Origin: Heterodontus francisci
Taxonomy: Eukaryota
Direction of reading: 5' to 3'
DNA length: 64,000 nt
Assembly (NCBI RefSeq): GCF_036365525.1
Contig: NC_090404.1
Coordinates: 4,340,001-4,404,000, forward strand
The translations under genes and the position numbers were made by a program. Below are positions 13,730 to 28,135 of this stretch, one piece after another; the stretch's first letter is position 1; each line of letters begins with the position of its first letter. The notes beneath the pieces are model-generated. The model saw only the letters and a list, made by a program, of their open reading frames with translations, did no database searches and was not told the DNA's origin.

Positions 13730-16375
13730 GAATATAAGAAATAGGAGCAGGAGTCGGTCATTCAGCCCCTCGAGTTAGCTTTGTTGTTCAATCAGATTAT
13801 GGGCTGATCTGCTCATGACCTTAACTCCACTTTCCTGCCTGTCCACCATAACCCTTGACTCTCTTATAAATCAAAAATTTGTCCAACTCACCTTTGAATA
13901 TATACAATGACCCAGCTTCCACTGCCCTCTGGGGAAGAGAATTCCAACCACTAACGACCCTCTGAGAGAAGAAATTCCTCTTCCTCCGTCTTAAATGGGA
14001 GACCCCTTATTTAGAGACTGTGCCCCCGAGTTCTAGATTCCCCCATGAGGGGAAACATCCTCTCTGCAGCTACCCTTTCAAACCCCCTCAGAATCTTATA
14101 TGTTTCAATAAGGTCATCTCTTATTCTTCTAAACTCCAATGAGTATAGGCCCAACCTACTGAACCATTTCTCATACGACAGCCCTTCATCCCAGTCACTG
14201 GACTAGTAATCCAGATGCCCAGGCTACTGCTCTGGGGACATGGGTTAGAATCCCACCACGGCAGATGGTGAAATTTGAATTCAATTAATAAACCTGGAAT
14301 TGTGAATACTAGTCTAATGTTGACCATGAAACCATGTCGATTGTTATAAAAACCCATCTGGTTCACTCATGTCCTTTCGAGAATGAAATCTGCCGTCCTT
14401 GCCTTGTTTGGCCGACATGTGACTGCAGACCCAGAGCAATGTGGTTGACTCTTAAAATGCCCTCTGAAATGGCCTCGCAAGCCATTCAGTTCAAGGCCAA
14501 ATAAAGATGGGCAATAAATGTTCCATTAGCCAGCGATGCCCATATCCCATGAACAAATAAAAGAAAGGGAATCGGCCGAGTGAAACTTCTCTGAACTGCT
14601 TCCAATGCAAGTACATCCCTCCTTATGTAAGAAGACCAAAACTGTACCAATGCCCTGTACAGTTGTAGCGAAAGTTCCCTACTTTTATACACAACCTTCC
14701 TTGCAATAAACACCAACATTCCATTTGCCTTCCTTATTACTTGCTGTTTCTGCATGCTAACTTTTTGTGATGCCTGTACAAGGATACCCAGATCCCTCTG
14801 TACCACAGCATTCTGCAGTCTCTCTCCCTGTAAATATTATTCTGCTTTTCTATCCTCCTGCATTATACTCCATCTGCCAAATTCTTGCCCAGTCTCTTAA
14901 CCTATCTATATGTCTTTGCAGACAGTTGTGTCTTCCTTACAACTTGCTTTCCGAACAATTGTCCACAAATTTGGCTACATACACTCGGTCCTTTCATCCA
15001 AGTCATAAATATAGATTGTAAATAGTTGAGGCCCAAGCACTGATCCCTGTGGCAGTCCACTAGTTATGGTTTGCCAACCTGAAAATGTGCCACTTACCCT
15101 GTCTCTCTGTTTCCTGTTAATTATCCAATCCTCTATGTATGCGAACATATTACCCCCAACACCATGAGCTCTTATCTTGTGTAATAAACTTTTTTGTGGC
15201 AGCTTATCGAACGCCTTTTGGAAATCCAAAAACACAACATCTGTTGGTTCCATATTATCCACCCTGCTTGCTACATCGTCAAAGCACTGTAATAAATTTG
15301 CCAAATACAATTTCCTTTTCATAAACCATGTTGACTCGACCTGGCTGCATGATAGAGTCATAGAGTCATAACGGTACAGGAGGAGGCCATTCAGCCCACC
15401 GAGTCCATGCTGGCTCTCTGGAGAGCAATCCAATCAATCCTGTTCACCAGCTCCATCCCTGTTGCCCTGAAAATGTATTTCTCTCAAGTGCTCATCCAAT
15501 TTCCTATTGAAATCATTCATCATCTCTGCTTCCACACTCTCGTGGGCAACAAGTTCCAGGTCATTACCACTCGATGTATAAAGCAGTTCTTCCTCATATA
15601 ACCACTGCATCTGTAGCCAAAAACCTTAAAATTGTATCCTCTAATCCTTGCACCATCAGCGAATGGGAACAGATTTGCTTTATCTACTCTATCCAAACCT
15701 GTCATAATCTTGCATACCTCTATCAACTCTCTCCTCAGTCGCCTTTGCTCCAAGAAGAACAACACCAGATTCTCCAACCTAACCTTGTAGCTAACATTCC
15801 TCATCTCTGGGGCCATTCTTATAAATCTCCTCTGCACCCTCACATCCTTCCTCAGTGTGGTGACCAGTACTAGATGCAATACTTTAGTTGTGGCCTAACC
15901 CGAGCTTTACAGAGGCTCAGCATAACATCCCTGCCTTTGTGCTCAATGCTTCTATTTTTGAAGCCCAAGATCGCATATGCTTTGTTAACTCCTCTCTTAC
16001 TATGTCCTGCTACCTTTAAAGATCTATACACATGAACCTTCAGTTCCCTCTGCCCCTGGACACTCTTTGGAACTGAAACATTTGGTCCATACTGCCTCGG
16101 CTTACCCCTTTTGTCAAAATGCATCGCCTCATATATCTCTGTATTAACTTCCATCTGCCACTTGCCTGTCTGTTATACTTGCCTATCTATGTACTTTTGT
16201 AGTTGATTTGCATCATCCTCATTGTCTGCCAAATGATTTTCTAAATGACCTGTTTCTATTTCCTTAATCATGAATTCTGGCATTTTTCCAATGACACATG
16301 TTCGGCTAACCTGGCTATAGTTCCCTGCTTTCTGTCACCTTCTTTCTTGAATCGAGGTGTTACATTTGCGTTTTC
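13730..16375 (-). mobile_element. Stacked CR1-clade LINE fragments (about 13730-15350 and 15350-16375), with a tRNA-derived SINE inserted at about 14193-14565
   Basis: [33 protein letters not shown]. The SINE shows A/B-box-like motifs (ggactagtaatccag...gggttagaatccc). Confidence 0.85.
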
Positions 16376-18391
16376 CCTCTATCTATCTATCTATCTATCC
16401 ATCAATCTGGCTGTCTATCTATCAATCTTTGTAAGAGATGTTTTACAGTGCAGCAATAAATAAGATAGGACCTGGTGTAATACAAAAAGAGACAGGAGAG
16501 AATGCAGTCTTTACTGAGACAGGGCTGTGGGTAATATAATTTGAGACTGGGCCTTGTGCAGTAATAACTGAGACATTGCCGAGTGTAAAATAACCAGATA
16601 CATGGTCTAGCCGAGTAATAATCTGGACATGTTCTAGTGTAATATAAGCAAGGACTGGGGGTGGCCTAGTGGAATATAAACAACAAGAAGGTCATTTAAA
16701 TAAAAAGTATGTGAGGGCCTTGTGTAATGTAACCAGAGAAATGTTCTCGAGTCATAGAGACATAAACAGTCAATTTTATTGTAAACAGAAGCACCAGTTA
16801 ATATAGCAAGAAATGAGAGAGTGCCAAGTGATGCTAATAAAGCTGCATGACCTCAAATAAAATAAACGAAGAGAGATTTTTACTTCAATATCCTTCCTAA
16901 TAGCATTGTGGGTGTACCTACTCCACAGGGACTGCAGCGGTTCAAGAAAGCAGCTCACTATCACCTTCTCAAAGGCAATTATGGAACGGCAATTAATGTT
17001 GGCCTGGCCAACGACACCCACAACCCATTAAACCAGTACATAAAATAGACTTTCACTGCCATCCGCTGGCCAGACATTGCCATTGCTCCTACTGTGAAAA
17101 CGTCAATGTCGCTTACTGTTTCTGCAGTAATGGATCAAGAAACAACTCAACTAATTCCAGATGAACGTGGCCGATTTGTGCCTCGATACATCAGGAACAG
17201 TGCAAAGCGGTTGAATTCCAGTTTATGCATTTTTGTTGATCTTGGTTCAAGGGAGGAGTGTTGACCAGGACACAGTGTGGAACTATGGGACTTTTAATGT
17301 CCACCTCAACAAAAAAGGAGTGGGGGAGAGATTATTGTTTCAAAATGTCCCTGGAATGATATTGCCCTTTCATTAATGGACCCATTGGAAGCCTGGTTAA
17401 TATACTCAGTTTCTGAAGCTGACATGGAATCCACAAATTACTGATTCTGAAATCAGAGTCAAGTTGTGTTACCCAAGTTGCTGCTGAAATGTTTCCTGTG
17501 TCCAGGTGACATTTTATATCCACATTGGTGAATACGATTGCTGTTACGCTTCCGTATACTGATATCACAAATAGCAACTTCTGGATTACAATTACAAAAC
17601 TTTTGATTGATACAATTGAAATTCATTAATTCATGGAATCTGACAGCACAGAAGGAGGCCATTCGGCCCATCGTGGCGGCTGCTTGAAAGAGCTATCCAA
17701 TCAGTTCCATTCTCCTGGTCTTTCTCCAAAGTCCTGAAAATCTTTCCTTTTCATGTAATTATACAATACACTTTTGAAAGTTACAATTTTAAGTGGTTAC
17801 ACCAACCTTTCAGGTAATTCATTCCAGCTGATAACAACTCGCTGAACTTTAAAAAAAAACTCCTCATCTTCTCCCTTCTTCATTTACCATTGAATCGAAA
17901 TCTGTGTCCTCTCGTTATCAACATTCCTGCCAGCGGAAACTTTGTCATGGATATGTTTCCGTGCGATTTGTGTGGTTTGGAACAGGGAAATGTTTGTTCG
18001 AATGAGTGAGTTCAGAGGATTCAGTCTTTCACCTTCTTCCTCAGCACCTGAGGCCAAGAAGTTAGATGTGGATGTAGTGTAGCTGATATCAGCATTACCT
18101 GACACGGGAAAGGTCCCTGGTCACTTGGGAAACATTTCATTCAGTTTGTGACAGGATGTTGCTGCTTTACTAACAGTAATGTAAACTATTATCATTCGCC
18201 TGACAGATGAACTGTTTTGTGATAAAAGCAGAAAGCGCTGCAATTACTCAGCGGGTCTGGAAGCATCTGTGGAGAGAGTAGCAGAGCTAAATTTTCAGGT
18301 CTGTGGCCTTAACTCAGAACACAGATCAGCATTTTCTATTTTCATTTCAGACTTCCATCATCGGCAGTTTTTCCTTTTATTGAACGCTTGC

Positions 18392-18462
18392 TTCCCTGGT
18401 CAGGAAACAAACCCGGCCGTGGCGGCAGGAACTCCCAATTCTAACCACTAGACCATCAAGGA
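18392..18462 (-). pseudogene. tRNA-Glu pseudogene
   Basis: Reverse complement TCCTTGATGGTCTAGTGGTTAGAATTGGGAGTTCCTGCCGCCACGGCCGGGTTTGTTTCCTGACCAGGGAA aligns end to end with vertebrate tRNA-Glu. The anticodon arm and B box are mutated. Confidence 0.8.
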
Positions 18463-19269
18463 ACAGGACCTGCGAGCTCCGGAGCCATTGTTGATATAAT
18501 TGAAGGTATCGGTGTTAATTTCTTAATTTAATTTGTGCTGGATGCAAAACCATTTCATAACGCTGCTGCTTCCAGATCTATTTAAATGTGTCTGTATATT
18601 TCGTTCACGTTTCGAGTCAGTCTGTCTTCAATCTGAAAATAATTTCTGCCTGTTTATTTCCCTCTTACTTTTCATTTACACCTAAATATTATCACGGTCT
18701 TGTGTTTTATTTCTCTCTTTGGGAAATATTGTGCTGTTCCTTTAAGACTGTAAAATATCAGTGCAACTTTCAGGCAGTAAGTTCCGGAGGGTCAGTGAGC
18801 CAGGGTGCATTCTGATTGCCAAACAGCAGCCACAGAGAAAGAGAGGACACGAGATTCAATGTTACAGGTTAGACTTTTAAAATTAGCCGAACAACTGTCA
18901 GAAGCGGAGCTCTGAGACAATTTAAAATGAAAAAAACTGTGTTATTTCTCTCTCAAAATTCTACAAAGCGTCAAGCCGAATTAATTCTATAAAAAATAAG
19001 AAAAGGCTTCTTCTTTCACAACAAGTTATTGATATCTGCTGTGTTCATTGCTGGAAAAAAAGAAGAGGTTAATGCAACAACTGCCGAACTGCTGAACCTT
19101 TATATTTGAGGTATCCTTTTTCTCATGGGACCATGGAAGACTGCAAGTGAATTTTGACTGCAGTGTATTGGAAGTCGTAAGAATCGTAACTTACAGAGAC
19201 TTGTTTATTTGTTCTATTTCTGAGAGGAAGATACACTTACAAATCAACAATCTTTTAAAACCGAGTTTC

Positions 19270-22135
19270 TGGAATCATAGAGTGATAGAGCACAGAAGCA
19301 GGCTCTTCGGCCCATCCTGTCCACGTCGGCCATCAAGCACCTATCCATTCTAATCCTATTTCCCACCATATGACCCATAGCCTTGTATGCTATGGCGTTT
19401 CAAGTGCTCATCAAAATACACACTGCAACCTCACAGCTCTAGGGACCTGGGTTCGATTCTGAGTACTGCCTGTGTGTAGTTTGCAAGTTCTCCCTGTGTC
19501 TGCGTGGGTTTCCTCTGGGTGCCCCGGTTTCCTCCCACATGCCAAAGCCTTGCAGGTTGATAGGTTAATTGGCCATTATAAGTTTCCCTTAGTATAGGTA
19601 CGTGGCAGGGAAATATATAGGGACAGGTGGGGATGTGGTAGGAATATGGGATTAGTGCAGGATTAGTAAAAATGGGTGGTTGATGGTCGGCACAGACTCG
19701 GTGGGCCGAAGAGCCTGTTTCAGTGCTGTATCTCTAAACTAAACTAAACTTCGCAAATGTTGTGAGGGTTCATGCCTCCACCAAAATTTCAGGCAGTGTG
19801 TTCCAGATTCCAACCGCACTCTGGGTGGTTTGTTTTCCTCAAATCCCATCTAAGCCTCCTTCCCCTTATCTTTAATCAATGCCCACTGGTTATTGACACC
19901 TCTGCTGAGGGAAATCGTTTCTTCCTATCTACCCAAACTATGCCCCTCATAACTTTCTACCCCTCAATCAGGTCCCCCCTCAGACTTCCCTGCGCTTAGG
20001 AAAACAACCCTAGCCTATCCACTCTCTCTTCACTGCTCAAATGCTCCAGCCCAGGCAACATCCTGGTGAGGCTCCTCTGCACCCTCTCCAGAGCAATCAC
20101 ATCCTTCTGATAGTGTAGCGACCAGAAGTGTACAGAGTACTCCAGCTGTGGCCTAAATAGTGTTTTATACAACTCCATCATAACTTCCCTGCTCTTATAT
20201 TCTATGCCTCGCATAATATAGGCAAATATCCCAAATGCCTTCCTAACCACCTTATCTACCTGTGCTGCTGCCTTCAGTCTTCAGTGATACATGGACAATT
20301 CCGCCAAGGCCCTTGTGACTCTCTGTACTTCCTAGGGACCTACAACACATTGCATATTCTCCTGCCTTGTTAGTCCTCCCAAAATGCATCTCAGGATTAA
20401 ATTATATTTGCCACTGCTCTGCTGATCTTATCAGCCCATATATATCGTCCTGTAATCTAATGCTATCCTCCTCACTATTTACAACAGCACCAATTTTCGT
20501 GTCATCTACAAATTTACTGATCATACCTCCTATATTCACGTCGAAATCATTAATGTACACCACAAACAGCAAGGGTCCCAGCCCCGATTCCTGTGGTACA
20601 CCACTGGTCACAGGCTCCCAATCTCAAAAACCACCAACCACAACCCTCTGCCTCTTGTCACTGAGCCAATCTTGGATCCAATTTGCCAAATTATCCTGGA
20701 TCCCATGGGCTCTTATCTTCTTTCCCAATCTCCCTTGCGGGACCTTATCAAAAGCCTTACTGAAGCCCATGTAGACTACATCAACTGCTTTAACCTCATC
20801 GACACACCTAGTGACCTCCTAGAAAAATTCCATCAAATTTGTTAGACACGATCTCCCTCTGACAAATCCATGCTGACTATCCCTTATTAATCACTGCCTC
20901 TCCAAGTGTAGTTTAATCCTGTACATCAGAACACTTTCCAAACGTTTCCCAACGACTGGTGATGGACTCACTTTCCTGCAAGGACCGAGTTTATCCCTAC
21001 TTCCCTTCTTGAATAATGATACCTCATTCACTGTCCCCCAGTCCTCTGGCACTTCTCTTGTGGCCAGAGATGTTTTGAAAATTTGTGTCAGAGCCCCAGT
21101 AATCTCCTCGCTTGTCTCACAAATCAGCCTGGGTTACATCTCATCTGGGTCTGGGGATTTATCCACTTTAAAACCCACTAAAACCGTTCATACCTCCTCC
21201 CTTTCAATGCTAATTTGTTCAAGTATATCACAATCCCCCTCCCTGATCTTTTCACCTTCATCGTCCTTTTCCAATGTGAACACAGATGGAAAGTAATCAT
21301 TTAAAACCTCACCTACATCTTCCAGCTCCACACACAGATTGCTGCTTCGGTCCTTAATGGGCACTACTTGTTCCCTGATTATTCTCTTGCCATAAATATA
21401 CTTATAAAACGCTTTGGGATATTCCTTTATCTTGCCCACCCGTGTGTTTTTCATGCCACCTCTTCCCTCTCCAATTTTTTTTTAACTGCACCCCGACACT
21501 TCCTCTCCTCCTCGAGGGCCTCCACAGCTTTCAGCTCTCTGAATATGCCGTTGGGCTCCTTTTGTTTTCCTTATTCAATCCTCTATATCACTTGACATCT
21601 TGGGATCCCTAGAATTATTGGTCCTACCCTTTACCTTTACTAGAATATGTTGGCTCTGAACTCTCACTATTTCCTTTTTGAATGACTCTGATATATTCTT
21701 TTCTGAAAGTAGCTGATCCCAGTCCAATTTGACCAGGTCCTGTTTTATAATATTTGAAAGCGGCCTTCCCCCAGTTCAGTACCATTATTTCCGGTCCATC
21801 TTTGTCCTTTTCCATAACTACCTTAAATCTTACAGAGTCCTATCCCCGACATGCTTCCCCACTGACGCTTCTACCAATTTGGTGGCTTCATTTTCGAAGC
21901 GCAGATCCTGCATGGCCCCTTCTCTTGAAGGACGTTCTACGTGCTGGCGAACAAAGATCTCACAGATGCACTTTAAGAATTACGCCCCCTTTAAACCTTT
22001 TTCACTGAGACTATCTCAGCTAATATTGTGGAAGTTGAAATACCCTACAATTATTACCCTATTATTTTTACACCTCTCTGAGATTTGCTGACATATCTGC
22101 TCCTTTATCTCTCCGTGGCTGTTTGGAGGCCTGGA
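19270..22135 (-). mobile_element. CR1-clade LINE, decayed ORF2
   Basis: SGVPQESGLGPLLF, SKFVDDTK, LYKTLFRPQLEY; same family as 9938-13285. Confidence 0.92.
19421..19750 (+). mobile_element. HE1-like shark tRNA-derived SINE nested in a LINE 3' UTR
   Basis: gggttcgattct B box, tgcgtgggtttcctc core, gggccgaag..cctgtttcagtgctgtatctct(aaact)n tail. Confidence 0.85.
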
Positions 22136-23465
22136 GTGCACTTGGGGGTACTCATTCAAGGAATGCACAAAATTAATATGCAAGTGCAGCAGGCGATTAG
22201 GAAGGCAAATGGAATGTTGGCCTTTATTACAAGGGGGTGGAAATACAGGAAGAAAGAAGTCTTACTGAAACACTGTCTGCATTTTTGGTCTCCACGTTTA
22301 AGAAAGGAATTTTTTATTCGTTACATGGGATGTGGGCGACGCTGGTCAGGCCAGCATTTATTGCCCATCCCTAATTGCCCTTGAGAAGGTGGTGGTGAGA
22401 TGCCTTCTTCAACCGCTGCAGTCCATGTGCGGGTCGGTACGAACAGTGCTATTAGGAAGGGAGTTCCAGGTTTTGATGCAGCGACAGTGAAGGAACAGCG
22501 ATCTCGTTCGAAGTCAGGGTGGTGTATGGCTTGGAGGGGATCTTGCAGGTGGTGGTGTTCCCAACCATTGCTGCCCTTGTCCTTCTAGGTGGTAGAGGTC
22601 GCGGGTTTGGAAGGGTTAGGGTTTTCCCCCTGATTCCCATTGATTCCAGTTTTACTAGGGCTCCTTGGTGTCGTTCTCGGTCAAATGTTGCCTTGATGTC
22701 AAGGGCAATCACTCTCACCTCACCTCGAGAGTTCAGCTCTTTTGTCCATGTTTGAACCAAGGCTGTAATGAGGTCTGGAACTGAGTGGCCCTGGTGGAAC
22801 CCAAACTGAGCGTCACTGAGCAGGTCATTGCTGAGCAAGTGCCGCTTGATGGCACTGTCAATGCACTAGTAATCCAGAAACGCAGGGTATTCCCTTATGG
22901 GGAGGAGTTCGAATCCCACCATGGCAGAAAGTGGACTCAAAGCAAAATACTGCGGATGCTCGAAATCTGAAATAAAAACAAGAAATGCTGGAACCACTCA
23001 GCAGGTCGGGCAGCATCTGTGGAGAGAGAAGCAGAGTTAACGTTAAGGGACACTGACTATGATGAGAGGTTGAGTAAATTGGCCGATATTCTCTGGAGTT
23101 TAGAAGAATGAGAGGTCTTCTAATTGACAGGGTGGAAGCTGAGAGATGGTTTTCACTGGTCAGGGAATGCATAAAACTGGGACACAGCCTTAGGATAAGG
23201 GACCAATCATTCAGGCGTCAGATGAGGAGAAATTACTCCACTCAAAGCTTTGTGAATGTTTGGAATTCTCTACCACAGAGGGTTGTGGATGCTCCATTAT
23301 TGCATACATTTAAGGCTGGGATAGATAGTTGTTTGGCTTCGCAAGGATTCAAAGGGTATGGGGAGTGGCAGGAAAGTGGCGTTGAAGTCCAAGATCAGCC
23401 ATGATCGTTTTAAATGGCGGAGCAGTCTCGATGGACCATATGATCTACTTCTGCTCCTGTTGCTT
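22135..23465. mobile_element. Mosaic of nested LINE, SINE and Penelope fragments
   Basis: Plus-strand CR1 pieces flank a minus-strand RT fragment (QFGFHQGHS..ALDIKATFDR), a SINE head at about 22860-22930 and a Penelope-type terminus at about 22938-23045. Confidence 0.7.
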
Positions 23466-23711
23466 GTGTTCTTGTGGGAGCTCCCTTGGGCAGTGGTATT
23501 TGGCAAATAACCCTCTGGCTGGTTTAATGCAACTGATGCATTTAAAACTTGCCTCCTCCCAACTGAATAGAATTCCGCAAATGTTGTTGTCGAGAGTTGT
23601 CGTCATTTGCAATTTCAGTGAGATCTTTGTTTCACAGCAGAGGCTGTTTATCGGTGTGACAGCGCCCTCTGGTGAGCACTAATCGGAACTCTCATTCTGG
23701 AGTTTTTGACG

Positions 23712-25990
23712 AGAACATCGGAGCAGGAGCAGTCCATGCAGCCAATCGAGCCGACTCCGCCATTCAACACGATCTTGGCAGATCATCCACTTCAACGGCT
23801 TTTCCCACGCTATCTCCCCTTTATGCCATTGACGTCTAGAAATCATGTTAATGATTGCTTTAAATATCCTCATTGACTGAGTTTCCACAAACCTATGGGG
23901 TAGAGAATTCCAAAGATTCACAACCCTCTGAGTAATGACATTTCTCCTCATCTCTGCCTGAAGTGGTTTCACCCTTATTTTGAAATTGTGCCCCCTGGTT
24001 CTAGATCCCCCAACAAGGGGAAACATCTTACCTGCATCTACCCTGTCTATCCCCTTAAGTATTTTGTAGGTTCCAATGAGATCATCTCTCATTCTTCGAA
24101 ACTCTAGAGAATACAGGCCCAAGTTCCCCACTCTCTTTTCATAAGGCAGTCCTGCCATCCCGGGAGCAAGCCTGGTGAGCCTCGTTGCACTCTCTCTTTG
24201 GTAATAATATCCTTCCTCAGTAAGGGAACCAAAACGGCACACAATCCTGCAGGTGCTGTTGAACCGAGGTTCTATACAATTGAAGCCAGACTTCACTAGT
24301 CCCGTACTCAAAACCTCTTGCTAAAAAATGATGAGAGATACAGCACTGAAACAGGCCCTTCGGCCCACCGAGTCTGTGCCGACCATCAACCACCCATTGA
24401 TGCTAATGCTACTCTAATCCCATATTTCTACCACATCCCCACCTGTCCCTATATTTCCCGACCACCTACCTACACTAGGGGCAATTGCTAATGGCCAATT
24501 TACCTGTCAACCTGCAAGTCTTTGGCATGTGGGAGGAAACCGGAGCACCCGGAGGAAACCCACGCAAACACAGGGAGAACATGCAAACTCCGCACAGGCA
24601 GTACCCAGAATTGAACCCGGGTCGCGGGAGCGGTGAGGCTGCGGTGCTAACCACTGCATTATTTAATCTCTTACTATTTAAGAAATAGTGTGCACATCTA
24701 TTCCTCCTAGCAAAGTGGATAACCTCACATTTTTCCACATTATGTCCATCTGCCACGTTCTTGCCCACTCACTAGGTCTCTCCAAATCCCCTTGAAGCCG
24801 CTTTGCATCTTCCTCACAACAGACATTCCCGTCCAGTTTTGTGTCATCCATGAACTTTGAAATATTACATTTGGTTCCCATATCTAAATCATTGACATAT
24901 ATTGTGAACAGCTGGAGCCTAAATACTGATCCTCGCGGTACCTCACTAGTCACAGCCTGCTAATGCGAGAATTACCCATTTATTACTACTCTCTGCTTTC
25001 AGCCTGTTAACAAATCCTTAAACTACTCCAGTATATATTACCTCCTATCGCATGTGCTTTCATTTTGCTGACCAACCTCCTGTGGGGGACTTTATCAAAA
25101 CGTTCTGAAAATCCAAGTATACTATGTCCATTGACTCTCCTTCATCACTTCTGTTAGTAATATCTTCAAAAAAACTTCTAAAGGTTCGTCAAACATGATT
25201 TCCCATTCATAAAACCATGTTTACTATGCACAGTCTGATCATTATTATCCAAGTGTCCACTTATTACATCCGTTACAATACATTCTAGCATTTCCCTGGC
25301 ACTGATGTAAGACTAACAGGTCCGTACTTCCCTGTTTTCTCTCTCCCTCCCTTCTTCAATTGTGGGGTGACATTTCTCACCTTCCAATTTGCCGGAACCG
25401 TTCCAGAATCTATAGAATTTTGGAATATGATCACCAACACTTCCACTATCTCATTGTTTCCGCTTTTAAAACACTGAGATACGAACATAGGAATTCGGAG
25501 CAGGAGTGGGCCACTCAGCCCCTCGAACCTGCTACACCATTCAATAAGTTCATGGCTGTACTGATTATTGCACATTACCACCTACCCCCGATCATCTTTC
25601 ACCCCCTTGCTTATCAAGAAGCTATCTACCTCCGACTTAAACATATTAAAAGACTCTGCTTCCATTGCCTTCTGAGGAAGAGAGTTCCAAAGACTCACGA
25701 CCCTCTGAGAGTACTGGGATGAGAGAGGGATATACAATATCAGGTCCCATAGACTTATCAGCATTTAGCCCTATTAATTTCTCCAATACAACCTTCTTAC
25801 TAACACCAAATTCCTTCAATTACTCATTCTCCCTAGTCCCTTGAATCTCTAAAGCTGGGAGATTTATTATACCTTCCTCAGTGAAGACTGACACAAAGTA
25901 AACATTTAGCTTCTCTACCATTTCTCTATTCCCCATTTTAAATTCACTTGAATCTGCCTGTAATGGACCCACATTTGCCTTAGCCTAACG
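23712..25990 (-). mobile_element. CR1-clade LINE with a nested CR1 3' end (about 25483-25710)
   Basis: KGGREKTGKYGPVSLTS, EVPRGSVFRLQLF, KFMDDTK, RVVNLWNSLP. Confidence 0.88.
24333..24657 (-). mobile_element. HE1-like SINE
   Basis: Reverse complement of the elements at 19421 and 55599. Confidence 0.88.
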
Positions 25991-26959
25991 AGTACGATGC
26001 ATTCCTGAAGTAGTGCGGGGCTCATGGCGCAGAAATGCAAGGTGATGTTGGAGATCAGGGCATTGCCAATCGCTAGCTCAGTAATCTTGGCATCTTTGGT
26101 CAACATAGAAACAAACCAATTAATGATGTCGGTGTTCCTGTGTACATTCCCTCCATTAAGATGAAGCATATACTGTGCCGGCTGCCCAGCGTGCTGACTG
26201 CACCAGTGCATTTAAGTGTTAGAATCGTTTCTCTTTTCAAGCTACACAGTCGTGTGATGTTACTTTTCTCTCCAATTGTCATTTCAAGGACAGTCTGTTC
26301 AATTGTGTCTTGGTGATTCAATTATAAGAGAATATCATAGTAATAGTCATGATTAGAAGCATTATCATCACCACCATCTCAATGAACATAATTATCATCA
26401 TTTGACCAATAATGAAACCTAGGTTGCAGCTGGGAAAATGCATTTTTGTGTGAAAGGAAACATGACAGTAAAGTAATTTAATGATGATTAACAGTGGGAG
26501 CCTGTTCCATATGATGCTTTCTGAGTCTGTAACTCTGCAGTCTGGAAAATCCGCTGTCTGAGCGAACGCATTTCCTAACCCACTGACCTTCTAACTCAGC
26601 CAGTGCCAAACAGGGAACAGCGACAGCAATCTCTCCATAAACACAGGGGAAGCAAGGCGGCTCAGAGCCAGAGCAACTGAAGGTTTGAGGGCGGGGCTGC
26701 CGCGGGGGCAGTGTTGACACACGGAGGATTCATTTGTGAGGAACTGAATTCATTCATAATGTCGCAATCTGAAATTGTATAACTCTGCCTGTCTCTAAGA
26801 GTTGTTTTACTTGCGTAATTATTGCACATTCGCTACAAGCAGGCTTGCGATATGAAAGACAGAATTATTATATTATTTACAAGTTACCGAAATCTTCATC
26901 AGTGAAGTGCGTTAAAACTCGGGTGGGAATGTAACGGTGGGAAATGGAATGAAATGGTA

Positions 26960-27510
26960 ATAAAAGCAAAATACTGCAGATGTTGGAAATATAATAGGAC
27001 AAGGTCACAGAAAATAACTGAGCAGCAGGTCATGGACCAAAGGCAGCGGTATGTTAATGGTGTGGTCACATACAAGCGTTAGTGCAGAGATGGTGCACAT
27101 TGACAGAAAATGAACAGCCCTGACCCCAAGCACAAGCATGAAAAAAACTGAGTAGGCACAATAGAAACAAATGAAGCAAATTAAAATAAAGGAAAAGAAA
27201 CAAATAACAAAGAAAAAAGAAAAAATAACTAAGAATAAAAATTAAAAGGTGGGTCCGTCATGCACTGAAATTTTTGAACTCTATGTTCAGTCCGGCAGGC
27301 TGAAGTGTGCCGAATCGGTAAATGAGATGCTGTTCCTCGAGCTTGCGTTGATGTTCACTGGAACACTGCAGCCATCCCAGGACAGAGATGTGGGCATGAG
27401 AACAGGGGGTGAATTGAAATGGACAGCAACCGGAATCTCGGGGTCATGCTTTGGGACTGAGTGGAGGTGTTCCGCAAAGCGGTCACCCAATCTGCGTTCA
27501 GTCTCCTCGA
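26960..27510 (-). mobile_element. Penelope-like element fragment (GIY-YIG C-terminus and 3' region)
   Basis: LGDRFAEHLHSVPKHDPEIPVAVHFNSP. Confidence 0.8.
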
Positions 27511-27828
27511 CATTGGGGACGGAAGTGGCTGTTCAGAGAGGTAGAAATGGACGGGAGAAGAAATTCCAGCCGTTCTAATAACAACTCGGCGCTGTTTCTT
27601 CCTTTCCAGGTTCTTTAAGGTCGCAGTCTCTGTTTCTGAAGTTAGGACTGGAACCGCCGAGATTAAACTCTGCCTGACACCGCTTATTGTCCTGATCACA
27701 GGTCGGTACCATTATCGACTCCCTGCAACATTCGCCAATCATCATTAAATTTCCCATCTCCAGCTGCGGGTCACTTTCACTTTATTATACTTCATCTAAC
27801 ATGCTGTGTGTCCGCTGTTTATTTTCAG

Positions 27829-28135
27829 AGATGGGTAACAGAGACTCAGGGCTCCAGTAAGAACAAGGAGTTGGATCAGTAAATTTAGCAATAATCTATA
27901 GTTGTTCTGCATGGTTTCACTTGCCAGCTGTAATCTGTTCTGGTATCACCAGTATCCACACCAAGCTCCTTAGTATCTGTTCAGAACCGATAGTCACGAA
28001 AATAAGGAAACGGCTCCCGGTTTTGAACACTTCAGCGGTAATCTCAACCGGATGCAAGGCACTTTTCTCCTGCCTATGAAAGGCTTGAGGATCACAGACA
28101 ACGACTATTATTACTGCACCATAAGACCCACAGTG
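27829..28135 (+). pseudogene. TCR alpha/delta-type V pseudogene 1
   Basis: TTTTCAG acceptor; NLFWYHQYPHQAP*YLFR...FSGNLNRMQGTFLLPMKGLRITDNDYYYCTIRP, then CACAGTG (28129-28135). Stops and a frameshift in FR1/FR2; no recognisable nonamer. Confidence 0.85.
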
